From positions 992,001 through 1,056,000 of the forward strand of contig OZ218958.1 in the NCBI GenBank assembly GCA_965112735.1: a DNA stretch of 64,000 nucleotides. The letters are read 5' to 3'. Below are positions 14,201-27,900 of this stretch, one piece after another. Each line of letters opens with the position of its first letter. Position 1 is the first letter of the stretch. Origin of the DNA: Phaeosaccion multiseriatum (lineage: Eukaryota; Protista; Ochrophyta, other classes). The notes under the pieces were generated by a model. It was not told the DNA's origin and did not search any database. It was given only the letters and a program-made list of their open reading frames with translations. The position numbers and the translations under genes are program-made.

Positions 14201-15807
14201 ACAGAGGGGTGAGGGGTGTCAGGACAGAGGGGTGAGGAGTGTCAGGACAGAGGGGTGAGGGGTGTCAGGACAGAGGGGTGAGGAGTGTCAGGACAGAGGG
14301 GTAAGGAGTGTCAGGACAGAGGGGTGAGGGGTATCAGGACAGAGGGGTGAAGGGTGTCAGGACAGAGGGGTGAGGTGTGTCAGGACAGAGGGGTGAAGGG
14401 TGTCGGCCTAATGGAGAAGGGTGAGGAGTGACGAGTGTTGAGGGGTGAGGGGTGTCAGGACAGAGGGGTGAGGGGTGTCAGGAGAGAGGGGTGAGGGGTG
14501 TCAGGACAGAGGGGTGAGGTGTGTCAGGACAGAGGGGTGAAGGGTATCAGGACAGAGGGGTGAAGGGTGTCAGGACAGAGGGGTGAAGGGTGTCAGGACA
14601 GAGGGGTGAGGTGTGTCAGGACAGAGGGGTGAGGGGTGTCAGGACAGAGGGGTGAGGTGTGTCAGGACAGAGGGGTGAAGGGTATCAGGACAGAGGGGTG
14701 AAGGGTGTCAGGACAGAGGGGTGAAGGGTGTCAGGACAGAGGGGTGAGGTGTGTCAGGACAGAGGGGTGAGGGGTGTCAGGACAGAGGGGTGAAGGGTGT
14801 CAGGACAGAGGGGTGAGGTGTGTCAGGACAGAGGGGTGAGGGGTGTTAGGACAGAGGGGTGAAGGGTGTCGGCCTAATGGAGAAGGTTGAGGAGTGTTGA
14901 GGGATGAGGGGTGAGGCCCGCTGCAAAAGGCTCGTACATTCTGCTCCCCATCTGCCTACCATGTGGCAATGGATCTTCGAGGTGTCCTCACGTCACTCTG
15001 TCTCCTTCTCTCTTCTGTTCTGCCCCGTCCTGCCCGTCCACTACCATCCCCTGTGCTGCCCATCCACTACCATCCCCTGTGCTGCCCGTCCACTACCATC
15101 CCCTGTGCTGCCCATCCACTACCATCCCCTGTGCTGCCCATCCACTACCATCCCCTGTGCTGCCCATCCACTACCATCCCCTGGGCTGCCCGTCCACTAC
15201 CATCCCCTGTGCTGCCCATCCACTACCATCCCCTTGCAGGATCTATTGCCCATGCAAATGTGGATCTCCGCGGTGCTGATTCTCGGCATGGTTGAGACGT
15301 CCACCAAGTACTTTGACTACAAAGAGTGGAACAGCGCAGGGGAGCGCGGCTACGGGGTGATGGTGTTCGGTCTGTTAGCAGGCGTAGCCAAGAGGGCACT
15401 CAGCAGGGTCATGGTGCTCATGGTGAGTGGGTGGGTGTGGAGACGTATGAGAAGATGGGCAGATGGGCAGAGAGAGGCATATATGGGCAGGGGTGTAGAG
15501 AGATGGAGGCTTATGAGCAGAGGCCAGAGAGAGGTGTATGGGGACTGCTGCGGGGGGAGCGAGAAAAGGACTTGCTTATTGCTTACAGTTCGCTCGAAGG
15601 CAAAGGAATGCCCACCACGTCGTTGTATTGGGCATTTATCCTCTCTCCCAATCATATTCGCTCTCTCACTCTTTCTCCCTCCCTCTCTCTCTCTCTTGCT
15701 CTCTTTCTTGTTCCCTCCCTCTCCCTCCCCTCCCTCTCTCTGCTCCCCCGCCCTCTCCCTCTCTCTCCACCTTCTCTCAATCTCCTTCTTCTTTCTCTCT
15801 CTCTCTC

Positions 15808-15840
<33 letters not shown>

Positions 15841-17013
15841 TGTCTCCTCTCTCTCTCTCTCTTTCCTACCCCCACCCACCAACCCGTCCCTCTCATACTG
15901 CCCCTCGAAAGGTGTGCATGGGTTACGGTATAGTTCGTCCTTCCCTCGGCAAGGACCTTGGCAAAGTCCTTGCCTTGGGCGTGGGCTACTTCGTCGCTGC
16001 CCTCTCTTACGACTTGCTCGCCAACACCCCCCACGGAGACGAGTTCACCGGCGACCCCACTTACCTGGACACTGTGACCATGCTTACGTTTGTGGTTAGC
16101 GTCCTCGATGTCATCTTCTTTTTATGGATTATGCAAAGTATCTTCGGTGTCCTCGCCCACCTCCAACAACGGCAGCACCAAGTGAAGCTGACGCTTTACT
16201 CACGCTTTCGCGTGCTTCTCATCATTGCGGGGCTATTTTATGTGGCGTGGTCCTTGTTCGGGATTGTACACTACACCAACCACCGCAGTGAAACGGACTG
16301 GCAGCTGGACTGGGCAGTGCTGGGGGTGTGGGAAGTGTTGAGTTTGTTTGTGTTGGCGGGGACGTGTCTACTGCTACGGCCTAGCGTTAATGCGCAACGC
16401 TATGCCTACCATGCAAAGGTGAGTGAGAGGTGCTTGTGGATAATGCTATTGTTTGTGTATGTTCTTGCTCAACTACACGCATTACGTTACGGCGTATGTT
16501 GTTTGTGTCTGTACTTGCTCAACTACACACATTGCGTTACGAATGTATGTGCTTGCTCAACTACACACATTGCGTTACGAATGTATGTGCTTGCTCAACT
16601 ACACACATTACGTTACGAATGTATGTGCTTGCTCAACTACACATTACGTTACGAAAGCATGTACCCATTTTTTTTTTAAAAATTAAAAAAATTGAAGTGA
16701 AGGGGGAGGGAAAGATGAAGGCACGCACACACACACACTCTCTCCCTCATTCTCTCTCTCCCTATCTCTCTCTCTCTCTCTCCTTCTCTTCTTCCTCCTC
16801 CTGCCGCTGCCCACTCAGGACGATGGAGAAGATGCCCCTTACAGCGGGCAAGTAGAGATGAGTGAACTCATGGGCAATGGAGGTGGCGACGACGATGATG
16901 ACGATGCCGAGTACGGGGGGCGCTCACACGGAGTCGGTGATGAAGATGACTTCATCTTAGGAGATCGAAGCGCCCTAAGCCACCCCGTCTCCGGCAAGAA
17001 AGCCAAGGACTGA
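10290..17013 (+). CDS. TMEM87/GPR107-108 (lung seven-transmembrane, GOST) family protein, multi-exon
   Basis: Signal peptide; luminal domain ending WMNPYGYLPGELYG.LPFF; TM segments LLPMQMWISAVL.LG..E, KRALSR.MVLMV, MGYGIVRPSLG, VKL.LY.RF, LLRPS.NAQRYAY. Confidence 0.85.
12028..14915 (+). repeat. 23-bp G-rich satellite (CAGGACAGAGGGGTGAGGGGTGT)n with an interrupting variant unit and a ~1.33-kb higher-order duplication, inside an intron
   Basis: Directly visible tandem array; variant CGGCCT(A/C)ATGGAGAAGG at 12145, 12613, 13056, 13938, 14404, 14870; diagnostic TGTCACGAC at 12541 and 13866. Confidence 0.97.
15030..15235 (+). repeat. 26-bp tandem repeat (CCCATCCACTACCATCCCCTGTGCTG) at the 3' end of the same intron
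   Basis: About 8 visible copies immediately before the acceptor AG. Confidence 0.9.
16455..16655 (+). repeat. ~38-bp intronic minisatellite (GTATGTGCTTGCTCAACTACACACATTGCGTTACGAAT)
   Basis: About 5 imperfect tandem copies. Confidence 0.85.
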
Positions 17014-17561
17014 GCGGGAGGGGGGGGCGGGTTGACGTCTTGTCTGGTGAGGGACTGACGGACGGACGACAGGCGGACGGACGGACGGACGGACGGAGCA
17101 CTTGGACTGAGTACAGTAGTGGCCCCGAAGAGTATCACCAACTGCTGCTGTAAGTGCGTGTGTGTGCGCCGTGCCGTTTCGTTCGATGCGGGAATTTGTC
17201 AGCTGTGGCGGTTTTTCGTTTTGTTTTTTGGGGGGGGGGGGGGGGGGGGGGGATGGTGCACGAGGCATATGGGAGATAGACTGAGGGGAAGGAAGAGACA
17301 AGGGGGCGGCGCGTTTGCGGAAGAAGCATTGTCTACCATCTTCTTTGTCCATGCCATCTGTGAACCTGTTGGGTCTGTGAGTGGATGGACTTGGGGTGGT
17401 TTCGAAGCACCAACCTCCACACGTGGCTGTCTGTGTTTGCATTGCGGTAATGTAGTCATGTCGAGCTGGGCCCTCGGGTTGGGGGGCGGCTCGTGCCGGG
17501 GGAGGGGAGAGGGGAGAGGGGAGAGGGCACAAGCAAGGCACTGGGTGGGTGGGACGCGTGC

Positions 17562-17624
<63 letters not shown>

Positions 17625-18409
17625 TGGGTCTTGTTGGTGAAGAAAGAGGGCCAGCAGCGCATACGGCGGTTGTGATACAGCAGTTGGTGATACAGCAGCC
17701 GGCAGGTCTGGCATGAGTGGGCCATACACGCAAATGTGTAGGTGTGTGCATGAAAGTCTTTGTGCATTGGTATCGTAGGCACTGGGCAGTCGTGCCTCCC
17801 TGTGAACAGCGCCGACAAGCACGCAGCAACAGCAGTTGGTGATACGAGCAGCAGCAGCAGAGGTCGGACGTGCTCCCCCTCCTCCACTTCGCGTAACACC
17901 CTTTGAGAAGAGCGACCACTTCACTTCAATTAGTATACATTTTATCAATTAAAATTAATTTTGGAGGGAGGAAGTGTTACTGAACAATGTGTTGAGGAGG
18001 TTTCATTCTCTCCTCTTCCTTCTCTTGATTCCTCCTGAGGAGGTTTCATTCTCTCCTTTCTTCCTTCTCTTGATTTCTCCTCTCTCCCCACAAAGGGAGC
18101 CCTCCCTTTCTTAGGACCGCCCCCCGCCCCCCCCTCTGCACACGGGTCGGCGCGTCGGTATCTACGCCTACTGTTTCAGAGTACCCCTATACCCCGCTTT
18201 GTGCTCCTGTGCCTCATCTCATGTCATGCTCTCCCATCCTTGCCATTCAAAAGGCAGGTCAGTCCCCACCAAAATATTCTACAAACGTTCATAGAGCGAG
18301 CGCTATACTCCACACATCCCTTCCTTCCTCGCTCCCAAAACAAGCCCAGGCATCCCAAAAACCAAACCCAACCGCGACGCTTGCACCCTCCACTTCATGA
18401 ATGCTTCAT

Positions 18410-18953
18410 GCATCCATCACACATCACCAAGTGAATCAACAAACATGCATCCATCCATCACCAAGTGAATCAACAAATATGCATCCATCCATCACCAAGT
18501 GAATCAACAAATATGCATCCATCCATCACCAAGTGAATCAACAAACATGCATCCATCCATCACCAAGTGAATCAACAAACATGCATCCATCCATCACCAA
18601 GTGAATCAACAAACATGCATCCATCCATCACCAAGTGAATCAACAAACATGCATCCACCATCACCAAGTGAATCAACAAACATGCATCCATCCATCACCA
18701 AGTGAATCAACAAACATGCATCCATCCATCACCAAGTGAATCAACAAACATGCATCCATCCATCACCAAGTGAATCAACAAACATGCATCCATCCATCAC
18801 CAAGTGAATCAACAAACATGCATCCATCCATCACCAAGTGAATCAACAAACATGCATCCATCCATCACCAAGTGAATCAACAAACATGCATCCATCCATC
18901 ACCAAGTGAATCAACAAATATGCATCCATCCATCACCAAGTGAATCAACAAAA
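18410..18953. repeat. 34-bp tandem minisatellite (CATCCATCCATCACCAAGTGAATCAACAAACATG), ~16 copies
   Basis: GTGAATC recurs with period 34 from 18431 to 18940; no spacers. Confidence 0.96.
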
Positions 18954-19189
18954 CTTGTGGTGGTGCGCTCTCTTGTCTTTCTCCCTTCTCCTCTCGCGCA
19001 TCAAACCCTCGCGTTCTCCTCGTCCTCCTTCTCCTCCTCCTCCTCCTCCTCTCCCCCTCCTCCTTCTCCTCTCCCCCTTCTCCCCCTTCTCCTCCTCCTC
19101 CTCCTGGATCAGAATTACACGCACCGTCCCCCCCGCTTCCAAGTGCGACCTCAGTTACTCCCTCACTCACTCCTTGTACACCTTCCACC

Positions 19190-22100
19190 TTACACCTTGT
19201 TGTCTGTGCCCGTGTGCACAACCACTGGGGCAGAGGGGGCGGTCTCCGGGCTGTCCTGTACAGGCAGGGCTGTGTACTCCACGACGTCGTCCGCCGAAGT
19301 ACCACCAACAGCAGAAGCACCGGGAATGAGGTACATTCTGGCTTCGTCACTGCCACCACCAGCCCCCCCCCCCCCGCCTCCTCCTCCTCCTCCTCCCTCC
19401 ACCGAGTCCGGGGAGGAGCCGCTGGCGATGTAGACTTTCAAGGCTTTGTTGGCGAGGTAAAAGTGAACGGCCAGGGGGATGAGAAAGCCCACCAAGAAGC
19501 CGCCAGGAAGGATGAGCTTGAGCACCATGGAGGGGGTGGCGGTGTAGATGCAGAGCCGCAGGAGTTTGAAGGTCGGTTTCACCTTGTTGGTGTAGCCCAC
19601 AATGAGGGTAAAGAGGAACGACGTGAAGAAGAACCATCCGACCTGCACCAGGGTGAACAAGACGAAGAGCACGGAGAGCCCTACCACGGCCAGAGGGGCC
19701 CAGGCTTCCACCGTGTCGATGAAGTTTTCCAAGTTGTGACGGCTGCACACCACCACGTCATCCTTGTCCACCTCGTCCATCATGTCCTTTATCATCTGCT
19801 GATGTATCACCTCAAGCTGCTGCTGATTTGGCTTCTCAGGCTGCTGCTGGTGGCGCTGGGGCTGGCGTAGCTGCTGTCGTTGCTCCAATCCGCCGCCGCG
19901 GCCGCCTACAAACCGCTCAGGCACACCCACTCTCTGAGCCACTTCGCTCGCCAGCCGACGCATCACCCTGGAGTGGCGAGGCTGCCTCGAGGAAGGCTCT
20001 ATCATGGTGTCACACACCAAATGCAGCGCGTCCATGTTATAGGGAGCGAATTTGGCGTCGGTAGAGGCCATTCCCCTTCCTCCTCCTCCTCCTCCTCCTC
20101 TGGCAACTGCCGCCTTTTGGCTCAACGTCGCTCCTCCTCCTTCGCCTCGTACTGCTGCTGTTCCCGCTGCTGCTGCCGCTGCCGCTGTTTCTGGCACCGG
20201 AACTACCGGAGAAGCAACGGCCGCATCGGCGGAATCGGAATCTGCCGCCGCAGAGTCGGACGAATCCGTAGAAGAAGAGTCCATGACGACGTTCGCCGAG
20301 GCGTGAATGGTGTGGTGGTGGTGCCTGCTGTGCACGTTGGCGTTAACCCCGTCGGGTAGGGAGTAGGCGCCCTCAGCTCCCAAAACCACCGCTCGGACAC
20401 CGTCGGGGAAACCGTCGGCAGCGTTGTCCAGCATGTGGCTGACTGCCGACTCAGTCTCCTCTTTAGGGCCAGAGGCGATGGTGAGTAGGGCACCGGTAGA
20501 GAAGCAGTCCTGTGAGGGAGGAAGGGGGGCGGGGGCGTGTGGGTGTCAGGTTTTGGCTCTTCCTCTTTCCTCCTCTCTTGAGTTTGCCGGCACCACTGCA
20601 TTGCAACAACACACAGACAGGTGCATACATAAGATACATCAAAAGAACAAGAAAGAGACAGATGACATCGTAAAGATAGATAGATGAAAAGACAGACGGA
20701 CAGACAGATTGATGGACGGATAGATGGATGGGTACATAGATGTTATCGTAAGACGATAGATAGTCAATACATCAAAAGAAAAAATACAAAGATACAATGG
20801 TGTACATCGATGCATGTGCAAACGGAAAGATCATACACATAGTACACGTAGGCTTGTTGGGTATCCATGATCAGGCTTGTTGGGTATCCATGATCAGGCT
20901 TGTTGGGTATCCATCATCAGGCTTGTTGGGTATCCATCATCTTACTCACCGTCTCGCGTGAGTGGGGGATGTCGTACGGCCCCGGCACGGTCTGGCTCAT
21001 GATGCTGAGGTAGGAGGAAGAGGAGGAAGAGGAGGGGGGGAGAGGAAGGCAGACGTGAGGCCGCAAGTAAGGGGTGGAGGAGGGACAGTTATGGCAATGG
21101 CACAAGAGAAGGAGAGGAGACAGGGCGTCGGCTGTGGCTAGCTGAGAAGATGGACAACAACGAGGGGTGGAGCCGAGTGAGGGACCACACACCACAGAGG
21201 CAGGAAGGAACGCGGAGCAGCAAAACACAATTTTTAAGAGGGACGGTGTACACGACGTATAACATGTGTATGCATTCAAATGCACTTATGCCCCCGCCCC
21301 CAGTACTCTACCATCTTATCCGTTCTCCGACGAGACGGGACAACTGTGCGTCAGAGGAAGAAGAATGAATTCTTTTTGCACAAATCTCAGAATCAAGCGC
21401 ACTGGACTTACCCGTTGGTGAAGGTGAGCTCCATCTCTGTCGGCCACATGTTTTCAATACAGTCCATATATTTCTGAAGGGGGCCACTGGGGAGCGAGCG
21501 AGGAGGAGGAGGAGGAGGAGGAAGGAGGAGGAGGGAAGGGGAAGAGGAGGAGGAGGAGGAGGAGGAGGAGGAGGAGGGGGAGGAGGAGGAGGAGGAGGAG
21601 GAGGAGGAGGAGGAGGAGGAGGGGGAGGAGGAGGAGGAGGAGGAGGAGGAGGAGGAGGAGGAGGAGGAGGAGGAGGAGGAGGAGGAGGAGGAGGAGGAGG
21701 AGGAGGAGGAAGAGGAGGAGGAGGAGGAGGAGGAGGAGGAGAGGAGGAGGGTGTCAGATTTTCGGCCCTGGACTTAATGATGGTATGCGCCGACCATAAT
21801 CAGCATTCAGGCCTGTCGCCAGCCATAATCAATAATCAGGCCTGGCTCGGCCATAATCAATAATCAGATAATCAAGTCAAGGGCCGATGATTTGTGCTAC
21901 AGCAGTACTGCCACCTCCAACACGAGCAGCACATAGACGAAAGCAGCGTAATAGCCCACCACTGTTCGAAGAGAGTCCTGGGCCGTACGCACCTCTGGGT
22001 CCAGAGGGAAATGTACGCAAGAGTTACGCCCAAGAAGGCCCAGGTCATGGGCCCAAGGAGGCACAGCACCAGCACAAACTTGAACGTGTGACATCCTGAT

Positions 22101-22567
22101 CGCTGCGCAGGTGGGTGCAAGCAGCAGGAGGAGGAGTGGAAGGAGGGCGGAGGGATGGAATTCGGGGATTGGAAGGCGAAACTTGGCGTTCATGCCACCA
22201 AAGTGCTCCTTGCAAGGACAGTACAAAGGACTTCCCCTCTCAATACGCACCTCCTTGAAGCGAGCGGTGCCGTAGAATTTCTGTGGGGAGAAAGGAAAGA
22301 GTGAAGGGACCAAATGGGGGTAAGGGACGGAAAGCGTGGAGGGCGGCGAGACACACAAGGGGGGGGGGGGGGGGGGGCGAGGAAGGAAAGGGGCCAAGGA
22401 AGTAAACAGCAGGGCCAAACACAAGCCATGACACTCAAGGGGAGGCCAGGGGTGGTGGAAGAAGCCCACCGGCCCTAGCAAAGCGTGCCCTTCAACATCT
22501 CAAACAAACGCCTTACCGGGCTGAAACTCTTGGCCGCATCCTTCAGCTGGGTAAATATAAACACCAT
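19190..22567 (-). CDS. Hypothetical multi-pass membrane protein, DUF1189-like; 5' exon structure uncertain
   Basis: Putative exons MVFIFTQLKDAAKSFSP / KFYGTARFKE / RSGCHTFKFVLVLCLL / MWPTEMELTFTNG / IMSQTVPGPYDIP and a long last exon with three hydrophobic segments incl. FKLLRLCIYTATPSMVL; one junction near 21480-21990 could not be phased. Confidence 0.55.
20850..20940. repeat. 23-bp tandem repeat (AGGCTTGTTGGGTATCCATGATC) x4, intronic
   Basis: Four visible copies. Confidence 0.85.
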
Positions 22568-22858
22568 CGTGCTCTTACTCTAATCCCACCCGGCCTGACG
22601 AGTTCGTAGGGAGAATTGGAGAACGAAGAACTCGCCTCGAAAATGCAGACTGATCCACTTCAGCGTGAGGGACAGATGGCGACAGCCACGCATGTTGTAC
22701 TTCAGGGGCCTCTCCCGTTCCTCGTTCCCTTCGATGGCACTTAAGGGCTCTTCTCTTCACTCTTCCATCAAGTGGTTCCTCTTCTACACACATTCTCTCT
22801 CCTTGCCCTCTACCTTTACCTCGTTGTTCACCCTTTTGTTTGCTCTGCCTCCTGAGCA

Positions 22859-23843
22859 ATGGCGTCGGCCTGCCTCCAGAACGAGTCCCTCTCGGCGCTC
22901 TTGGGTGCCAACCCCAGCACGGAGCGAGGGAATCACTTCCACATGGGTGTGCACCCCAAGGAACCCAGGATTGTGTACCCGAGTGGAAAGTACATCGTTG
23001 TGCGCAGCGTTGAGGTGAGATGGGCCTGGATGAGTGAGTGAGGGAGGGGTAGGAGAGGATAGGGGAGAAGCCTGCACCTGTGTTTGGTTTCTGGCAGCTG
23101 CTGCTGTTACTTCACTGACTACTGCGAGTTTGCCTCGTTTTGTTCTAGACCCAAGCGTGGCGAATCACTCCTGGCTTACCTTTTCCCCCCACTCACGTGG
23201 AATACGGAACACGGAATTTATTACCTCATCCCTCCTCTTCTGACTTCTTCTCTTCTGCCACCTATAGACTGCGTAATCTCTTCGCCCCCCCCCCCCCCCG
23301 TCTGGCGCTGTTTGGCCCCACAACAGAACCCGGCTGAGTGCTTTGTGTACCGCGGACACAACGTGGTGACAACTGTAGCAAAGTTCTCTCCCAACGGCTA
23401 CTGGGTGGCCTCCGCCGACATCTCTGGAAAGGTACGCGCGCGTGTGTGTAGTGCGTCCGTATGTGCGTGCGTGTGTGAGGTGTGCGCATGCCTGACGGGG
23501 AAAGTGATGACCGTTTGTCCCGTCTGTATTGTATTCGTTTGGCTTAGCTTGCGATGTCATCGCAGGACTCTACGTGCAGCTTGGAGTGAAAAAGGGGGCG
23601 GGGGGGGCTGCTGCTTTGAAAACGGTTACAAATAAGCGTTGTGTGTCACGTATCCATTGCAGCCCAGTGGGGTAGAAGGTAGCGGCGCAGGGAGGGGTCT
23701 TGAATTGCATGGCGTTTCATTATGGCATAACGTTATATTAACTGCTGGAAGGGGCCTTGCCTACTCCCTCTCCCTTGCCACCCCCTTACTCCCTCTCTGT
23801 GATGAATGACTGCATCTCGCACTGACTGATGGATCCAACACCG

Positions 23844-23874
<31 letters not shown>

Positions 23875-24749
23875 TACCACCAACATGGATACCAAACCCC
23901 TCTTATCACAGGTTCGCATCTGGGCCTGGGACAATCCCGCCCACAACCTCAAGATTGAGATACACGGTATCGCGGGTGCTGTGAAGGTCAGTCCCTTAGC
24001 ACCACATCACACCACTACGAAACACACATATATGCATACAACACACACGTATATATACACATACACATACATACAACACGCTCACAAACACACATACACT
24101 CCTACACACGCGCACACATCTTTGTGGCTGCTGTGGCTCACATTCAACCCACCCACCCCTCGTCCGAATGCGAAGGTCGAGTGTCTTGTCTTCAAACCTC
24201 AAGGTCCAATCCATCTCACAATCACGCTCCCGCTTCCCTTTGGCTTGTCTGCCTCTGTATCATCACCAATCATCATCACCACCACCACCGCTGCCACCAC
24301 CACCATCATCATCATCATCATCACCACCACCACCACCATTGTCATCATCATCATCATCATCATCACCACAACCACCACCACCACCACCACCGCTGCCACC
24401 ACCACCACCATCATCACCACCACCACCACCACCATCATCACCACCACCACCACATCATCATCACCACCACCACCACCACCACCACCACCACCACCACCCT
24501 CATCATCATCATCGATCCACGTCACCATCATCTTCATTTGTTTGTCATATGGGCCATAAGGACCTTGCGTGGGGACCGGAAAGCAAGCGGATCATGTGCG
24601 TGGGGGAAGGGTCGGGCGCTTCAAGTATGCGTTGCTTCACATGGGACACAGGTGAGGGAGTTAGGGAGGGAGGGAGGGAGGGAGGGGGCTAGGGAGTGAG
24701 TGCGTGAGTGAGTGGGTGAGTCTTACTGTTGTTGGTATGGTTGTTGTTT

Positions 24750-24786
<37 letters not shown>

Positions 24787-24939
24787 CGTTATTTGTGATT
24801 TCTTGTTCCGTCCCCTTTCTCACCGCGCAGGAAATAACCTTGGTGAGGTGATCGGACATAACAAGAGGGTGGTGAGCTGTGACTACAAACCCACTCGGTA
24901 AGGGCACGGCCCTGTCACTGTGCTGCTGGTGTATCACCA

Positions 24940-24983
<44 letters not shown>

Positions 24984-27900
24984 AGCTGCTGTTGTTGTTC
25001 ATGCTTCCTCCTTTCGGGCACAGTGCTGTCACGTTGTACTGCTCCTGTACTGCTCCTGCTGCGCTGCTGTTGCTCACCCTCCTCCTTTCGCCCTCCTCTC
25101 TCCACTGTGACCTCTGGCCCCCCGCGATACTCCCCTTCTCCATCTGCCTTCCTGCCCGTATGCCTGCTGTGCCTGCCTGCCCATATGCCTTCATATGCCT
25201 TGGTACCAGACCCTATCGCGTCATGACGTGCAGCGAGGACATGCGCACATTGGTGAGAGGGGTCAGAGGATGGCAGTGGATGGTCAGCGTTGAGGGGATG
25301 GCAGTGGATGGTCTGGGGTAAGGGGTATTAGGGAAATAGGGTAAGGAGTGTCAGGACAGAGGGGTAAGGAGTGTCAGAACACAGGGGTGAGGGGTGTCAG
25401 GACAGAGGGGTGAAGGGTGTCAGGACAGAGGGGTGAGGGGTGTCAGGACAGAGGGGTGAGGGGTGTCAGGACAGAGGGGTGAGGGGTGTCAGGACAGAGG
25501 GGTGAGGGGTGTGAGGACAGACGGGTGAGGTGTGTCAGGACAGAGGGGTGAGGTGTGTCAGGACAGAGGGGTGAGGGGTGTCAGGACAGAGGGGTGAGGG
25601 GTGTCAGGACAGAGGGGTGAGGGGTGTCAGGACAGAGGGGTAAGGAGTGTCAGGACAGAGGGGTGAAGGGTATCAGGACAGAGGGGTGAAGGGTGTCAGG
25701 ACAGAGGGGTGAGGGGTGTCAGGACAGAGGGGTGAGGGGTGTCAGGACAAGGGGGTGAAGGGTGTCAGGAGAGAGGGGTGAGAGGTGTCAGGACAGAGGG
25801 GTGAGGGGTGTCAGGACACAGGGGTGGGGGGTGTCAGGACAGAGGAGTGAGGGGTGTCAGGACAGAGGGTGTGGGGTGTCAGGACAGGGGTGAGGGGTGT
25901 CAGGACAGAGGGGTGAGGGGTGTCAGGACAGAGGGGTGAGGAGTGTCAGGACAGAGGGGTGAGGGGTGTCAGGACAGAGGGGTGAGGGGTGTCAGGACAC
26001 AGGGGTGAGGGGTGTCCGGACAGAGGGGTGAGAGGTGTCAGGACAGAGGGGTGAGGGCTGACAGGACACAGGGGTGAGGGGTATCAGGACAGAGGGGTGA
26101 AGGGTGTCAGGACAGAGGGGTGAGAGGTGTCAGGACAGAGGGGTGGGGGGTGTCAGGACAGAGCGGCGAGGGTTGAGGGCCGCTGCCAAAGGCGGTTACA
26201 GTCTGCTAGTACGTGGATGCCATGTAGGAATTCACCTCAAATGTGTTGTTCGATCTCTCGTGGTCTCTCGTCTCTCCCTTTCTCTGTCTCTCTCTTCCTC
26301 TCTCGCGTTCGCGCTCTCTCTCTATCCTCTCTTCGTCGTGCGCTCTCTCTCTCGCTCTCCCTCCGCCTATTTGACCGAATCACCAACTGCTGCAGGTCTT
26401 CGCTGGCCCTCCCTTCAAGCTTGACCACAGCAACAACGCCGAGCACAGCAACTTTGTCAACTGCCTCCGGTACAGGTGCGCGAGACGAGGGGACGGGAGA
26501 GAAGAGGGGTAGAGAGAGGGGAGGGGTGGAGAGAGAAGAGAAGAGAGGGAGGCTGAAGTCTCCTTCCAATATTCTGAGCCTTTTGACCTCTGAGAAGTTG
26601 AGTTTCAGGTGTTTGTCTTCACCAACTGCGGTCGATCTTCACACGCCAGTCCCTCCAGTCGTGCGTCTCCTGACGGTGTGATTGCTGCTGTATCACCAAC
26701 TGCTGCTGCTGCTGCTGCTGCTACTGCTACTGCTGCGGTGCACCACCTGCTGCTGTATCACCAACTGCTGCTGCTGCAGCCCGAATGGCGAGATGGCGGC
26801 GACTTGCGGCAGCGATTACAAGGTAAAGAAAAGAAGAGACCAGAGGGCAAGGACAGAGAGAAGAAAGACGAGAGGAATAAGACCAGAGAAAAGAGTCATC
26901 ATACCTCCCCCCCCCCCCTGATCCCTCTGAGACAGATCTGGCTGTACGACGGAAAGACAGGGAACCCAACCAAGCAGCTGTCACCCTCTTCCTCTGGCGA
27001 CGACCATACCGGTAGTGTGTACTCCCTTGCCTGGACCGCTGACTCCTGCCGCCTCGCTACGGCCTCTGCTGACAAGACAGTCAAGCTCTGGGATGTGGTG
27101 GGGGGGGAGTGCGTCTTCACGTGGACCTTCGGCACCCAGGTGAGTTGAGTGAGTGGTTGGGTGGTTGGGTGGTGGGTGAGTGAGTAAGTGAGTGAGTGAG
27201 TGAGTGAGTGAGTGAGAGTGAGTGAGTGAGTGAGAAAGAGTGCGTGAGTGAGAGTGAGTGAGTGAGAGTGAGTGAGTGAGTGAGAAAGAGTTGCGTGAGT
27301 GGTTGAGCGACAAATACTTTTTCCTGCCCTGCCCTTGACCCACGCAATATTCCCTCACAGGTTGGCGACATGCAGGTGTCTGTGGCCTCTCTCAACGGCC
27401 TCGGAGGGTACGGCTTCGCCTCCGTGTCTCTGTCGGGCAACATCAATCTCCTCAAACAAGGGGAGCCCAGTGCCCCCCCCTCCGCCACCGTGCAGGCACA
27501 TCAAGTAAGTACGAGTACATGTAAGAGTTGGTGATACACAGAGGGAGAGAGGAAGAGGGAGGGAGAAGTGGGACACACAGACAGACGGAGGCAGGAGATT
27601 TGCATATCATTGACCTCCTCCTCCTCCTCCCCCTCTTAAGGTTTCCATCACCGCGCTTTGCCCGACGGTGGACCCTACGACGGGCTATTTCTTGTCGGGC
27701 TCCTTTGACGGGGTTGTGATTGCGTGGGATCCTGCCTCCTTGAGAGGTTCGAGGCTCACCGCGCAGGTGCGAAGGGAGAGGAGGAGGAGGAGGAGGAGGA
27801 GGAGGAGGAGGAGGAGGAGGAGGAGGAGAAAGAAGAGCCACTTGCTATGAACTGTCCCGAGGGGTGTATTTCAACCCTCCACGCCCCCCCCCCCCCTCCC

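Noticed and set aside
12028-14915. Repeat array with periodic interrupting sequence as a CRISPR array
   Set aside because: The interruptions are near-identical to each other, monomers are head-to-tail with no unique spacers, there are no cas genes, and the context is a eukaryotic intron
18410-18953. 34-bp repeats as CRISPR direct repeats
   Set aside because: No spacers; pure tandem minisatellite
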